NCBI GenBank assembly: GCA_004431415.1
Contig: QPMI01000005.1
Coordinates: forward strand, 1,240,001-1,304,000
Direction of reading: 5' to 3'
From: Cyanophora paradoxa CCMP329
Taxonomy: Eukaryota > Plantae > Glaucophyta
DNA length: 64,000 nt
The stretch's first letter is position 1. The number at the start of each line of letters is the position of its first letter. Below, one piece after another: positions 1 through 11,713 of the stretch. The notes beneath the pieces were generated by a model. It was not told where the DNA came from. It ran no database searches and saw only the letters and a list, made by a program, of their open reading frames with translations. A program made the position numbers and the translations under genes.

Positions 1-2789
1 ACGAGGCGGCGACGCAGTTTGGATGGGAGGAGCACCTCACGGGAGCCCGCGCCCTCGGGTTCCTGCGCGAGGGCGGTCAGGATCGGGACGAGTTCGCCGC
101 CCGCAACGGCCGCTTCATCGCGAACCGGCGCGAGGCGTTCCGGAACCTCTTGGAGTCGGCCCTCGTCGACCGCAGCGCGACGCGGCTCTTTGAGGAAGAG
201 GACGAGGACGTGGACGGGGAGGGCATCGTTTTACCCGCCTCGGCGGGGCGGGCCGAGGCCGCCGCGATCCCCTCGTCCTCTTCCTCGTCGTCCTCCGCGT
301 CGGACGAGGCCGAGGGCGAGGGCGGAGGGGAGGAAGAGGCGGAGGCGGAGGGCGAGGGCGAGGGCGGGGCCGCCGACGGGGGCGGCGAGGGCCCGTCCGC
401 CGGGCCCGTCGACCGCGGCCAGTTTACGCTCGCCGCGTCGTCCATGGGCGCCACGCTGCGGGCGCAGTTGGCCGCGTTCAAAACGTGGCGAACGGCCGTC
501 CTCGAACCTTCGCGGCGCGGGGCGCGCGTGGAAAAGGACTCGACTCTCTCGAACGACCTGTGCAACTTTCAGCGGCTGCTCGGCTACGTCAACACGCGCG
601 AGACGATCGACGGCGAGCTCACCCTGGACTCGGTCCTCGGGCGCATCGATGCGGCCGAGATCGTGATGCGCTTCCTTCGGTACCTCAAGGACGAGCGCGG
701 GGCGGCGCCCCTCACGCAGGTCAACTACCTCTCCTCCATCCTCTCGGTCGCCGGGTTCCTCCACACCCGCTCCGGCGCGCCGCCGGGCAGCGAGTCGGAC
801 CTGCAGCGCGCGCTCAGGAACCTCAAGGTGCAGACGTGCGCGCCGGCGGCGGCGGGGGGACTCACCGAATCGCGTCGCAGGGCCAGCTGCAGACCGAGGC
901 CCGGTCGGCGCGCAAGTGGGCCGCGCGGCAGGTGTGGATCGAGTACGAAGAGGTTCTGGAGGGTCGAATCAAGGCCTACGAGGCGTTTCGGGCCGAGGAG
1001 GGCGAGCGGGCGCGGGCCAAGCACCTCCGGGACGCGCTCGCCCTCGGGATGCTCTCGCTGTGCCCCGCGCGCGTCGCCGTGGTGAGGAAGCTCCGGATCG
1101 GCGACACGCTCACGCGCGAGGGCGGCCGGTGGTGCCTCTCGCTGCTGCGGATGCGGGATGAGCCCGGGGACGGCGAGGACGAGGGGCGGCTGGCGCACAA
1201 GACGGCCAAGATCCACGGCGCCATGCGAGCGACGCGTCCCCGCCCGCCCGCCCGCCGCCGGTCCCAAGCTGACGCCCCGTCCCTCGCGCAGCGTCGTCCC
1301 GATCGCCGAGCCGCTCCAGGAGCTCTTTACCCAGTACACGGAAGAGCACCGGGCCGCCCTCCTCGCCGACGGCGCCCGGGGCTCGGACCCGGGCTTTATC
1401 TTCTGCAAGTACGACGGCGGGCCGATGAGCGTCACGGATTTACCGCGTACTTTAAAAAGGTGAGCGTACCTCGGTCCCCCCGTCGGCGCGCCCCGACGAC
1501 GACGACGCCCGCCGCCGCCAGGCGACGCTCCGCTGGACGAAGAAGGAGATCCGCCGCGCCTCCTGCGCAGCGTCGTGAGCACGTGGGTGCGGGACAAGAG
1601 CGCCGAGGGGCCATCACCGCCGACGTCGCCGACGGGATCATCCGCGGCACCGCCAAGCTGCTGGCCCATACGCCGCGCGTCGCGACGCTCCACTACGACG
1701 TGCACGCCAAGCAGCGCGAGGCGGCGACGGCGGCGGCCTGGTTCGAGCACGCCGCGCTCGAGTACGAGGCCCGCCGCGCCGAGCGGGACCGCCCGGCGAC
1801 GCCGCCGGCGCTCGAGGGGCCGCCGGCGCCCAAGGGACCGTCGCCGCGGAAGCAGAAGAAGGCGGCGGCGAGGGCGCCGCCGGAGCGCGCGAGCGCGATG
1901 GCGGTCGAGGAGCTGCCGCCGGCGCCGCCGCTCCCGTCGCCCGACTCGCCGCTGCCGGGCGGGCGGGCCGCCGCCGTCGGCGCCGCCGTCCCGAGCACCG
2001 CCGCCAAGGGGCCAAGGGACGGGACGACGGCGGGAGCGAGGAAGAGGACGGGGGAGCTCGGAGGAGGAGGACGAGGAGGACGAGGAGGATCCCGGCGACC
2101 GCGTGCGCCGCCTCCTCTTCCCCCACAGGATCCCGCCCGCCGCGCCGCCGCCGCCCCCGACGCCCCCGCAGATGGAGCGCGAGCTCGCCGAGGCCGAGAA
2201 CCGCTGGTGCGCGGCGTGCAGGACGATCTTCGGCACCCGAAAGGGCCTGGCGCGGCACCGCGGTCACTGCAAGGGCGCGGGGACCCCGGACGGCAAGATC
2301 GTACCGTCCGGGGTGCCCGTCGCCGTGCCGCCGAGATGCCGCCGCCGCCGCCGGTCGCGTGGCACCTGCGCTGGATCAGCCCGGCGCCCTCCGGCCGCGC
2401 GGCGTGTACGCGGCGCTCGCCTCGCGCGGCGGGGACCCGCTCCCACGATCCTGGTGGCGCGCGCGCTCCTCCCGCCGTGCCGCTCCCGTCGGGCCAGTAC
2501 GAGAGCCGCCTGACGCTCCTGCGGCACTACGGCTCGCTCTACGTCGCCGTGACCGAGGGGAGCGCGGCGGACTACACGTACCGTCGGGCCTCGTCGAGGT
2601 GGAGTACCGCGGGAGCAACGGCGCCATCGACCTGGTGACGCGCTCCAGCGAGATCGCCCAGCGCCTCGGCCTGGGGCCGCCGCGGCGCCCTCGCCGCCCC
2701 GGCGGCCGAGCAGGACGGCGGCGGCGCCGTCGTGCGCAGGACGGGGCGGCGGCGCGGTCGGCCCCCAAGTCGCTGCGGCGCGGCCGTGA
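1..2789 (+). CDS. 3' part of the same Ulp1-tyrosine recombinase gene (duplicate copy, more frameshifted)
   Basis: Identical to 59454-62261 apart from indels. Recombinase motifs lie in ORFs 150..1085, 485..2638 and 1158..1463. Confidence 0.8.
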
Positions 2790-3186
2790 GGGGGGACGGG
2801 CGGGTGAAACGCAGAAAGAGGGGTCCCGCGCGGCGCACGGCGGGACGGCGCGATGGAGGTGGATCCGACGGCCCGGCCGCCGACGCCGCGCCTCCCATCG
2901 GCCTCCCGCTCGCCCCGCCGGCCCTCGGAGACGTCCCGCCCCAGGGAACCGTGCTGCGCCCGATCGCGAGGATCCTGCCGCCCGTCGGGCCGTCGGCGAA
3001 GCGGGAGCGGCGCGAGCGGGAGGCTGGGCGGGCGGGACGGCGCACCCCGCACTCTATGGCTTTGCCGCGCCGGCGCCGCCGCGCCAGTAGGATCCGTCCC
3101 CGCCTTTGCGCACCTGCTGTCGAGCGTGAGAAACGAGTAAATAGATGCGGGGCGGACGGGCACCCGCCAGAACGACGCGCGTAGCC

Positions 3187-3953
3187 ATGGTTGAGGGGAC
3201 GGCGGGGCGCAGCCTGCAGCGGCAGATCCGCCAATGGAGGAAAAGGAAGCGACGGCGGCGACGGGGACAGAGTCCGGCGGGAGCGCGCCCGACCGGGCCC
3301 CGCCGCCGAGGGGAAGAAAGAGCCCGCCACGCCGCCGCCGTCGGATCGCGAGCCGACGCCGCCGCTCCGCACTCCCGGCAAGATCCTTCCGCTCCACCTA
3401 AGGTACAAGAAGCAGGTCGGCCGACGCGGCGCGCCCGCTCCCGCCCCGCCGCCCGCGCCCTCACCTCGTTGCCGCGCAGCTGGTGACCTACATCATCCGG
3501 AACGAGGCGGCGAGGCCCGTGGCGTACGTGGGCTCGACGAGCGACATGCAGCGCCGCCTGCGCGAGCACAACCACGGTCCGAGGCCGCGTGCGCCGCGCC
3601 GCGCCCTCCATCCGAACCCGCTCGCTGCGCAGGGAGCAAGTTCAGCTACACCAAGGGCAAAGGTGCGCCGGCCCGCCGGCCGGCCGGTCGCGCGCGCGCA
3701 CGCGCACCGCATCCACAACGCCTCGGCAGGTCCGTGGAGCGTGGTGTGCATCGCGCACGGCTTCAAGAGCGTGGCGGTGTGCCGGGCGTTTGAGCGCTCG
3801 GTCAAGGACGGCGGCGGAGGGCTCGAGCGCAAAAAGGGCGTCATGAGGCGTCTCGCCGCCGAGTTTAGCTCGCCGGAGACGCCCATCGCGGTCGAGGAGC
3901 TGGCGGAGGAGGACGCGGGGTCGAGCTCGCAGGGCTCGGGCGAGGGCGGGTAG
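3187..3953 (+). CDS. SLX1-like GIY-YIG endonuclease (3 introns)
   Basis: Spliced product LVTYIIRNEAARPVAYVGSTSDMQRRLREHNHG-SKFSYTKGK-GPWSVVCIAHGFKSVAVCRAFE matches the GIY-YIG/SLX1 pattern (YVG-T, RRLRxHN, PW, GF, FE). Confidence 0.8.
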
Positions 3954-4753
3954 CCGGCCGGCGGATCGCTGGATCCACGCGGTACCTGCCGGGATGCGGG
4001 AGCGCGTGAGCCGCGGCCGGGCGATGACCGGGAGCGGCGAGGCGGCGGGCGCGGGGGGGGCGCTCCCGCGATATAGCTAGCGTTAGCTAAGGTGTGAACC
4101 TCTTTTAGATGCGATTGCTACCGATTGAAAGGGGAACGGACGCACGGGCTCGCCGGCGATGCCGCGGGCCGCGGCGGATCGACGGGGAGATGGAGCGAGG
4201 CGGCCAAGGGATGCGCGAGCGTACGGGCGCCGAAAGGGGGTGCACGGCGCAGCGCTGCCGCGGAGAGGGGCGCCGCATCCGTAGCACGCTGTACCCCCTC
4301 GGGCTCGCCATCGAAATCGATCTCGGCGTGCGGCCCGCCGCGGGCGTTAAGTTTGTTGGATTCCGGATCTATGGCGCCTCCAACTCGCATTCGTTTGCGT
4401 CTATCGCCCGGCGCCCTTTGCGGCCGAGGGCGGCCTCGCCCGTCGTGCCGCCCGGGTCCGGCGGCCGTGTGCGGGCGTCGGCGCGTGTGGATTCGCGGTC
4501 CTGCGTCGTCTGCGCGCTTCGGAGTGCCGGTGCGCTGCGGCGCTTTGCAGGGACCGCTCGCCCGCCGGCCGATCCGGCCCGGCGCGGTCGGGCGGGCTCC
4601 GGGAGCGTGTGCGCTACGTTTGTATTGGTCCGACACGGCTATCTGTGCGCAGCACGTCGCGCTCGTCTGCCCCGTGCAGACTAGTGCTCCGGCGCGCCGC
4701 GCCGGTCTAGATCTGGCCCGGACCGTCCGGGCGCCCGCCGACCGCGCGGGCCC

Positions 4754-5617
4754 TCAGTCGCTGCCCTCGCTCGGATCCGGCGGCGCAGCTGGATGTCCTG
4801 CGAGCGAGAGGCCGGCGTCGGGGCGAGAGGGCGGCATAGAGGGCGCGGGCGGGCGCCCTAGGCCTCGCGATCGGCCGGCGCCGGCGCCGCGCGCTTTCCC
4901 ACCTTTGGAGCGATCGTGATCCGGTTGCGGTGGATTGCCAGCAGGTTTGCTTCGTCAAAGGTTCTAATCAGGTGCATTTCCGTCGCCTCGCGAAGCGCCA
5001 GGATCGCGTCCGACTCCAGCGCAGCTCATCGGCGTCGAACCCGGCCTCTTCGCGGCGCTTCTTCTCGAAATGGGCGATCTCCTTGACCTGAAGGTACGCG
5101 CCCCGCCGCACTCTTACGTCGGCCCCGGCCCGCACGGGGCGCGCGACGGAGCGCACCAGGCGCTCAAAGGGCGCGTAGGCGATGAGCGGATCGAAGCTCT
5201 TCTGGTACTTTCGGATCTGCAGGGGTGCGCGTGCGGCCGCCCCGGTGCGGGGGCGCGGGGCGGGCTCTCCGGTTAGCAGAGGCCGCGCGCGGCGAGGGCG
5301 GAGAGGGGGAACGGGACCTCGCGGAGCGCGACCGTCCTGTTGCACCCCCGGCTCGCCCCGCTCAGCCGCCGATCGCGCGATGCCCGGCCGGCGGGACGGC
5401 GGGCGCACCGGGACGGTACCTGCGAGCGGCGGTCACGCGGCGCCGGCGGCGGCGGCGCGCGCGAGGGGTGGGAGGCGGGCGGGGGCGGAGCGGCCGCCTG
5501 TGCGGTTTCTTGACGCCGCCGGCCGCCGGCGCGCTCTTCCGCGCGGCTTGGACGAAAGGCGCTTCCGCGGCGCTTTGCTCCCGTCGAATGCCTGGCCGCT
5601 TGCTTGATGCGTGCCAT
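4754..5617 (-). CDS. Divergent histone H3 variant (CenH3-like fold, near-canonical tail); 5 introns, several single-base frameshifts
   Basis: Reconstructed protein [137 protein letters not shown].RRIR aligns residue by residue with H3. About 5-6 restored bases, mostly in G runs, are needed, so it is either miscalled or a pseudogene. Confidence 0.88.
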
Positions 5618-5732
5618 GGTGGGCCGCTCTCGGCGCGCCCCCCCACTGTTACGATTTCCACCCGCTCGTATTTGTATGTTTGAAATGAATCTTATTGCAT
5701 TCAAATAAACATGTACAAGGGACAGCTCGAAG

Positions 5733-7620
5733 GCGCTGCGGATCCGGACGAGTGCCCGGCGGCGTTCCTTCTCCGGGACGGCGTGCCGCCGCCCTCGTCG
5801 GGCCGCCCACCGCATACCGCGCTCTCGGAACGGCCTGCGGAGCGGAAGTTTACCTCGAGGCGGCCCGGCGGCGGGGGCGAGCGGGGGCCCACCTCGCCGG
5901 ACGCTAACGTTTACTTCCCAGGTCGTTTCCGGACGGCGTTACACGCACAGCCGGTCGCGAGGGCGCTGCGGACGAGTGCCCGTCGTCGGAGGCGTTCCTT
6001 CTCCGGGACGGCGTGCCGCCGCCCTTGTCGGGCCGCCCAGCGCATACCGCGCTCTCGGAACGGCCTGCGGAGCGGAAGTTTGCCTGACGATCGCGGCGGC
6101 GCGGCGGCGGGGCGAGCGGGGTGCCCACCTCGCCGGACGCTAACGTTTACTTCCCAGGTCGTTTCCGGACGGCGTTACACGCACAGCCGGTCGCGAGGGC
6201 GCTGCGGACGAGTGCCCCGTCGCCGGAGGCGTTCCTTCTCCGGGACGGCGTGCCGCCGCCCTTGTCGGGCCGCCAGCGCATACCACGCTCTCGGAACGGC
6301 CTGCGGAGCGGAAGTTTGCCTGACGATCGCGGCGGCGCGGCGGCGGGGCGAGCGGGGTGCCCACCTCGCCGGACGCTAACGTTTACTTCCCAGGTCGTTT
6401 CCGGACGGCGTTACACGCACAGCCGGTCGCGAGGGCGCTGCGGACGAGTGCCCCGTCGCCGGAGGCGTTCCTTCTCCGGGACGGCGTGCCGCCGCCTTGT
6501 CGGGCCGCCCAGCGCATACCACGCTCTCGGAACGGCCTGCGGAGCGGAAGTTTGCCTGACGATCGCGGCGGCGCGGCGGCGGGGCGAGCGGGTGCCCACC
6601 TCGCCGGACGCTAACGTTTACTTCCAGGTCGTTTCCGGACGCGTTACACGCACAGCCGGTCGCGAGGGCGCTGCGGACGAGTGCCCGTCGCCGGAGGCGT
6701 TCCTTCTCCGGGACGGCGTGCCGCCGCCCTTGTCGGGCCGCCCAGCGCATACCACGCTCTCGGAACGGCCTGCGGAGCGGAAGTTTGCCTGACGATCGCG
6801 GCGGCGCGGCGGCGGGGCGAGCGGGGTGCCCACCTCGCCGGACGCTAACGTTTACTTCCCAGGTCGTTTCCGGACGGCGTTACACGCACAGCCGGTCGCG
6901 AGGGCGCTGCGGACGAGTGCCCCGTCGCCGGAGGCGTTCCTTCTCCGGGACGGCGTGCCGCCGCCCTTGTCGGGCCGCCCAGCGCATACCACGCTCTCGG
7001 AACGGCCTGCGGAGCGGAAGTTTGCCTGACGATCGCGGCGGCGCGGCGGCGGGGCGAGCGGGTGCCCACCTCGCCGGACGCTAACGTTTACTTCCCAGGT
7101 CGTTTCCGGACGGCGTTACACGCACAGCCGTCGCGAGGGCGCTGCGGACGAGTGCCCGTCGCCGGAGGCGTTCCTTCTCCGGGACGGCGTGCCGCCGCCC
7201 TTGTCGGGCGCCCAGCGCATACCACGCTCTCGGAACGGCCTGCGGAGCGGAAGTTTGCCTGACGATCGCGGCGGCGCGGCGGCGGGGCGAGCGGGGTGCC
7301 CACCTCGCCGGACGCTAACGTTTACTTCCCAGGTCGTTTCCGGACGGCGTTACACGCACAGCCGGTCGCGAGGGCGCTGCGGACGAGTGCCCCGTCGCCG
7401 GAGGCGTTCCTTCTCCGGGACGGCGTGCCGCCGCCCTTGTCGGGCCGCCCAGCGCATACCACGCTCTCGGAACGGCCTGCGGAGCGGAAGTTTACCTCAA
7501 GGCGGCCCGGGGCGGGGCGAGCGGAGACCTACCTCGCCGGACGCTAACGTTTACTTCCAGGTCGTTTCCGGACGGCGCTATACGCACAGCCGGTCGCGAG
7601 GGCGCTGCGGACGAGTGCCC
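5733..7620. repeat. Tandem array A, ~236 bp unit, about 8 copies
   Basis: CTAACGTTTACTTCC recurs at about 5904, 6140, 6376, 6611, 6844, 7081, 7315 and 7544. Confidence 0.97.
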
Positions 7621-8512
7621 GCGCGCCCTGCTGGCGGACGGGGAGCTGGCGGCCGGGTGGGGCAACTCCCGGCGATGCTAGAGGAACGGAGCTCGGCGGG
7701 GATCGCAGCTGAATCCGAAATCCATCATTGCGCTCGAGCGAGATCTAGGGGCTGCTGCGGTTTGGTTCGGTTCGATGCGCGCAGCTCCACTCGTAGCAGT
7801 TGGAGTCGACGAAACGCAACTATCGCAAGTATACGTAGCGTCGCAAGCCGGCTCCATCGATATCGGTGCACGCCGGAGCAACTCGACGGTGCAATGTTGT
7901 ACGCCGGCGAGAAACCGCCCCCATATAACAAACGCGTACCCCCTCCGCTTAATCGTTTGGTGCGACGATTAAGACTCTCGACACTGCGACTCGGTGCGGC
8001 CGAGACCGCGACGGAATCCGCATTTAAATGTGTTGCTCGCCTCAAAATACAAGCAAAGCCCGCACGCGCCGGCGTAACCGAGATTCGGATGCGCCGTGCG
8101 TCAACGTTGCCCGCGGCGGGCGAGACGGGACTGGAGCTCGCTGAAGCGCACTTATTACGAGTTTAATTGCGTATACGCGTACATTGGTGTGGTTGGAGAT
8201 CGGTACAGTGCAAGGACACGGGATTTGTACGGCACTCGGACCATGCACAGGGACCGCCAAGGGCGGGCGCGTCACGGCGGCCGTTCCGGCGGCGGTAGTG
8301 ACTTTCACGCAAGGCACCTTTCGTCTTTAAAGTTTGCACGGCTGGATCGTTCCGGATGGCGCCGCCGGCGCCGTCCGCCGGCCGGGTCAGGGGCCCACCG
8401 CACGTGGGCCAACCCCGCACCCCCGGGGGGCCGGCCTGGGGGCACACCACATAAAAGGAAGCGCCCGCAGGGTGGGGCTACCATCGGCGCTGCCCCCGGG
8501 ACGAACGCGATC

Positions 8513-9206
8513 ATGAGCTCATCCGCCACCTCCAACGTCAAAGCCGATGCCCCTGCGCAGCCTCTCCCCCAGCCCGCGCCCACCACGACCGAACCCGATG
8601 TCGCCCGCCCGCCCTCCCGCCGCCCAACGCGGCGCCACGCGGACGACGCCGGCAACGTGATCGACGCCGTGTGCTCCCGCTGCGCGAGCGCAAGCCGGCG
8701 TCGGCTTTTACCCCTCCAAGCTCATCGCGCGGTCGTACGAGTGCCGCGCCTGCATCACCACGCTCGAGCGCGAGAAACGCGCCCTGTGGCGATCCATGCA
8801 CCCACCGCGCGAGCGCGTCAAGCTGGGTCCCATCTCGAGCGAGCCCCGGACGGAGCGGCGCTGCGGGAGGTGCAAGCAGACGAAACCCATCGCCGAGTTT
8901 TCCGCCAAATGCCGCCGGTGCCACGCGTGCTCGCGCGAAAAGAACAAAAACTGGAGGAGGCGGCAGGCGGAGATACGCGATCGCTACGGTGCCTCCGCAG
9001 CGCCCTCGTGAGCATCGTCGGCGGCATGGGGTGCCCGCGGACGTGGCTCGCGCGCTCGCCGAGCTGGGGACGAGCGTCTGCACGAGGCCCTCGCGCGCGC
9101 CGGCGCGGCGGATGCGGAGACCTCGCCCACCACGACCGCGACGGAGGTGACCTCGCCCCGCGGCGCAGAGACCGATGGGATCCAAGAACTCGAGGTTTCC
9201 GCGTAG
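8513..9206 (+). CDS. Tandem Cys4 zinc-finger protein (CxxCxxxKPxxxF...CxxC twice), frameshifted
   Basis: Across frames: CSRCA-ERKPASAF...YECRAC and CGRCKQTKPIAEFSAKCRRCHAC. CATAAAAGG at 8450 lies upstream of the ATG. Confidence 0.6.
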
Positions 9207-9456
9207 GTAAGAATCGATATAGAAATAGATATTCTATGTTCTTTGCAAATTACATTCCAAGGGTACAAAAATTGGTTACCAAGATCGCACGTAACGCGAT
9301 GCACCTACGCGAGCGGGTCGTGCCGTGGGGGAGAGTGTGAGATTTCTTATTGCAATGCGCGGCGGTGGGTAAATTGAACACCATAAGTCGCGTACACGCC
9401 GAGTAAAAACGACCTAATGCAAACTCTCTACATTACGGAAATGAGGACCAAATAAC

Positions 9457-11485
9457 TCACTCCTGCATCGAATCCTTATCGTGCGCATCGTCGCCGTCGG
9501 TGTCCGAGTCGTCATTGGCGCATTTTTTTCTCGGCGACCTTTGCACGCTTAGCCGACTTGCGTTTTCCGCCGGTCGCATCGTCGCCGTTTGCGTCGTCGC
9601 TCTTGGTGCGCTTCTTCTTCGTCGTTTTCTTCTCCGCGACTTCCTCGGCGGTCTTCGGACGCACGGACGTCTCGCGCTCTTCCTTGGTTACCTGGTCGTT
9701 GTTGGGGGTTGGTTTGACCTTGCGCGCCCATTTCTTTGACTGCGTCTTCCAATCCCAGTTCGAGTATTCGACGAGCAAATTCCACAGGTAATCATCCGTA
9801 TCGCCCTCGAAGAGCTGGTGGACCTTGAGGCCAAACTCCTCCTCGCTTTCGTGCTTGGCCACGAGAACGTCCTCCAGGACGGCCCGCAGGTCGTCTCCGA
9901 GGGCGGCTAGCTTGCCTCCGTGGGCGGCCTTTTGCATTCGCTTGGCCGCGTTGACCGTGTTGAACCTGGCCAGTTCCTCCTCGTCCACTCGTCCGTCGGT
10001 TGCGTACAGCGCGTAGAGAATCTCGATCGCGAGTAAGACGCGACTCTTGAGGGCCATCTTCAGCGCATGGAGCCTGGCTTTACCAAATACCTCGACAGCG
10101 TCGCGGGGTTTTTGGGCGCCGCGCACTCTTCCACAAGCTGCGACAAGTCCTCTTGGGTAGGATATCGCACTTGAATCTGACGTCGACGTCGGTGAGCAAC
10201 TTTGAAAGCTTCTTCGGGTCTTGTACGTGCCGGCGTGAGGCTCTTTGAACAGCGGTAGGTAGTGATTGTCCCGCGGCTTTTTGGTCGCGCTGGGCACCCC
10301 ACCTTTGCCGACGGGGCAGCCGCCTCGTTTCCCGCGACAGCCGCCTCCTGGGCGACAAAGGGAAGCGTTTGGCGAGGTGCCGCGTGATCACCTCGCGCCC
10401 ACCTCGGACACCGCGTCCTTGGTCGGGCACGTGTCGAGGTCGTCCGACGCGGTCACGTAGATCGCCCGTTGTTTTCGCCGAGGTCCACGCGGGTCGCGTC
10501 GACCGGGAAGCTTCCGATGACGCGTCCCTTCCAGACGACGAGGACCGTCCGACGCCAAACTCGAACGGACGCTTGGCGTACGGTCCGTTGGGGTCCGGAC
10601 GACCGCGGTAAATGATGACGTCCTTGTCGCGGACGCATTGACCGTCGTCTAGGACCGCCCCGTACAGCAGGCACGACTTGATGGGAACCCCGTTGATCGA
10701 AACGAAACAATGACCCTCTTTGTCCTCCGAGTCGATTGTGGGGTAGAGGGCCGCAAGGAACTCGCGAAACGAGGCGATCGAGTCCGCCTTGCGGTTCGCC
10801 AGGACGAGGTCCGCGTCCGTTTCGACCCAGCTCGCGTGGGTCCCGTTGTAGTTGAACAGCGTGACGCTCGTCGCGCCACCCCCGTTCTCCGCGTCGAGGG
10901 TTCGCTGGTGCGCAAACTCGCGTTGCACGTGCTCCACGAGCGCGCCGGCGAGCGTCGAACCGGCGACGGACCGGAGGCAGTCCAGCAGCCCGGACTCGGT
11001 GATCTTCTCGCCGTGGGCCTTTAGGCCGGCAAACCGCGCAACGTGCTGCACCTTTTGTCCCTCGAGATTCTGCACGTTGAACAGCAGGAGAGCGTGGTAA
11101 TCGCCGCCCTTGCGCGTCAGCACGACGGTGACCTCGGCCCCGAGGCGTACGCCGCGTAGATCAGCCCGCACCCGTACCGCGAGAGCGTACCCTTGCGCGA
11201 GTCGTCCGGCGCGCGCCCCAGCTCTCCAATCCGGAGCAGAATCTTCGAGGGGATGCCGCCGGACCGGTCACGAAAGGTCAGGGTCGGCGCGGGGTTGCCC
11301 GAGTCGCCGAGATCCGCGTGAAGGATGTCGACCGCGCGCTCCTTGGGCTTGCCGGCCGCGGAGACGAGCGCGTTGTCGATGATCTCGGCCTTGTCTCCGA
11401 ATCCGGGCGTCTTGAACGTTGCGCCGGCGACGAGGTGGTCGGCGGAGACGGTAATGGGGGCTCCGTGGGGCGGGACGGTCGCCAT
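9457..11485 (-). CDS. MORC/SMCHD1-like GHKL ATPase with charged C-terminal tail (frameshifted across ORFs 11117..11521, 10080..11171 and 9512..10297)
   Basis: Bergerat motifs AEIIDNA (N box), FRDRSGGI (G1) and SRYGCGLIYAA (G2), followed by VTVVLTRK. TATA-like box at 11525-11532. Confidence 0.65.
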
Positions 11486-11713
11486 TCTCCGGTGGGGGTG
11501 TGCACGAGGGGGCCGCGACACTCCCTTTTATGTAGTACGTGGCCCGTCCCATCCCCCGGGGCCCTGCGGGAGGGAGGGGGCGCGCGGGGGGAGGAGGAGG
11601 GGGTGGGGCGGCGGCGGGGAGGGGTGGGCGGGGGCCGAAATATGGGTACGTGAAATCTAAGGGCACGTGGCATACGACTGCCCGACGGACCGGGAGTATG
11701 AAGCTGGCCGCGA

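Larger units (their letters stand above)
1..4504. repeat. Direct repeat copy 1 (matches 59454-64000)
   Basis: acgaggcggcgacgcagttt at 1 equals 59454; the window end matches 4504. The first ~1.4 kb is identical; afterwards this copy lacks about 43 single bases, mostly in G/C runs. Confidence 0.97.

Noticed and set aside
1-4504. Repeat copies as LTRs of a DIRS or LTR retroelement
   Set aside because: The repeat starts mid-gene, both copies run to the window edges, and no RT, RNase H or gag was found.
5733-7620. Tandem arrays A, B and C as CRISPR arrays
   Set aside because: Whole 212-248 bp units repeat with no unique spacers, there are no cas genes, and the context is eukaryotic.
5711-8166. 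ORFs within the arrays (also 24551-26552 and 33685-35456)
   Set aside because: They are translations of non-coding repeats, and the frames shift between units.
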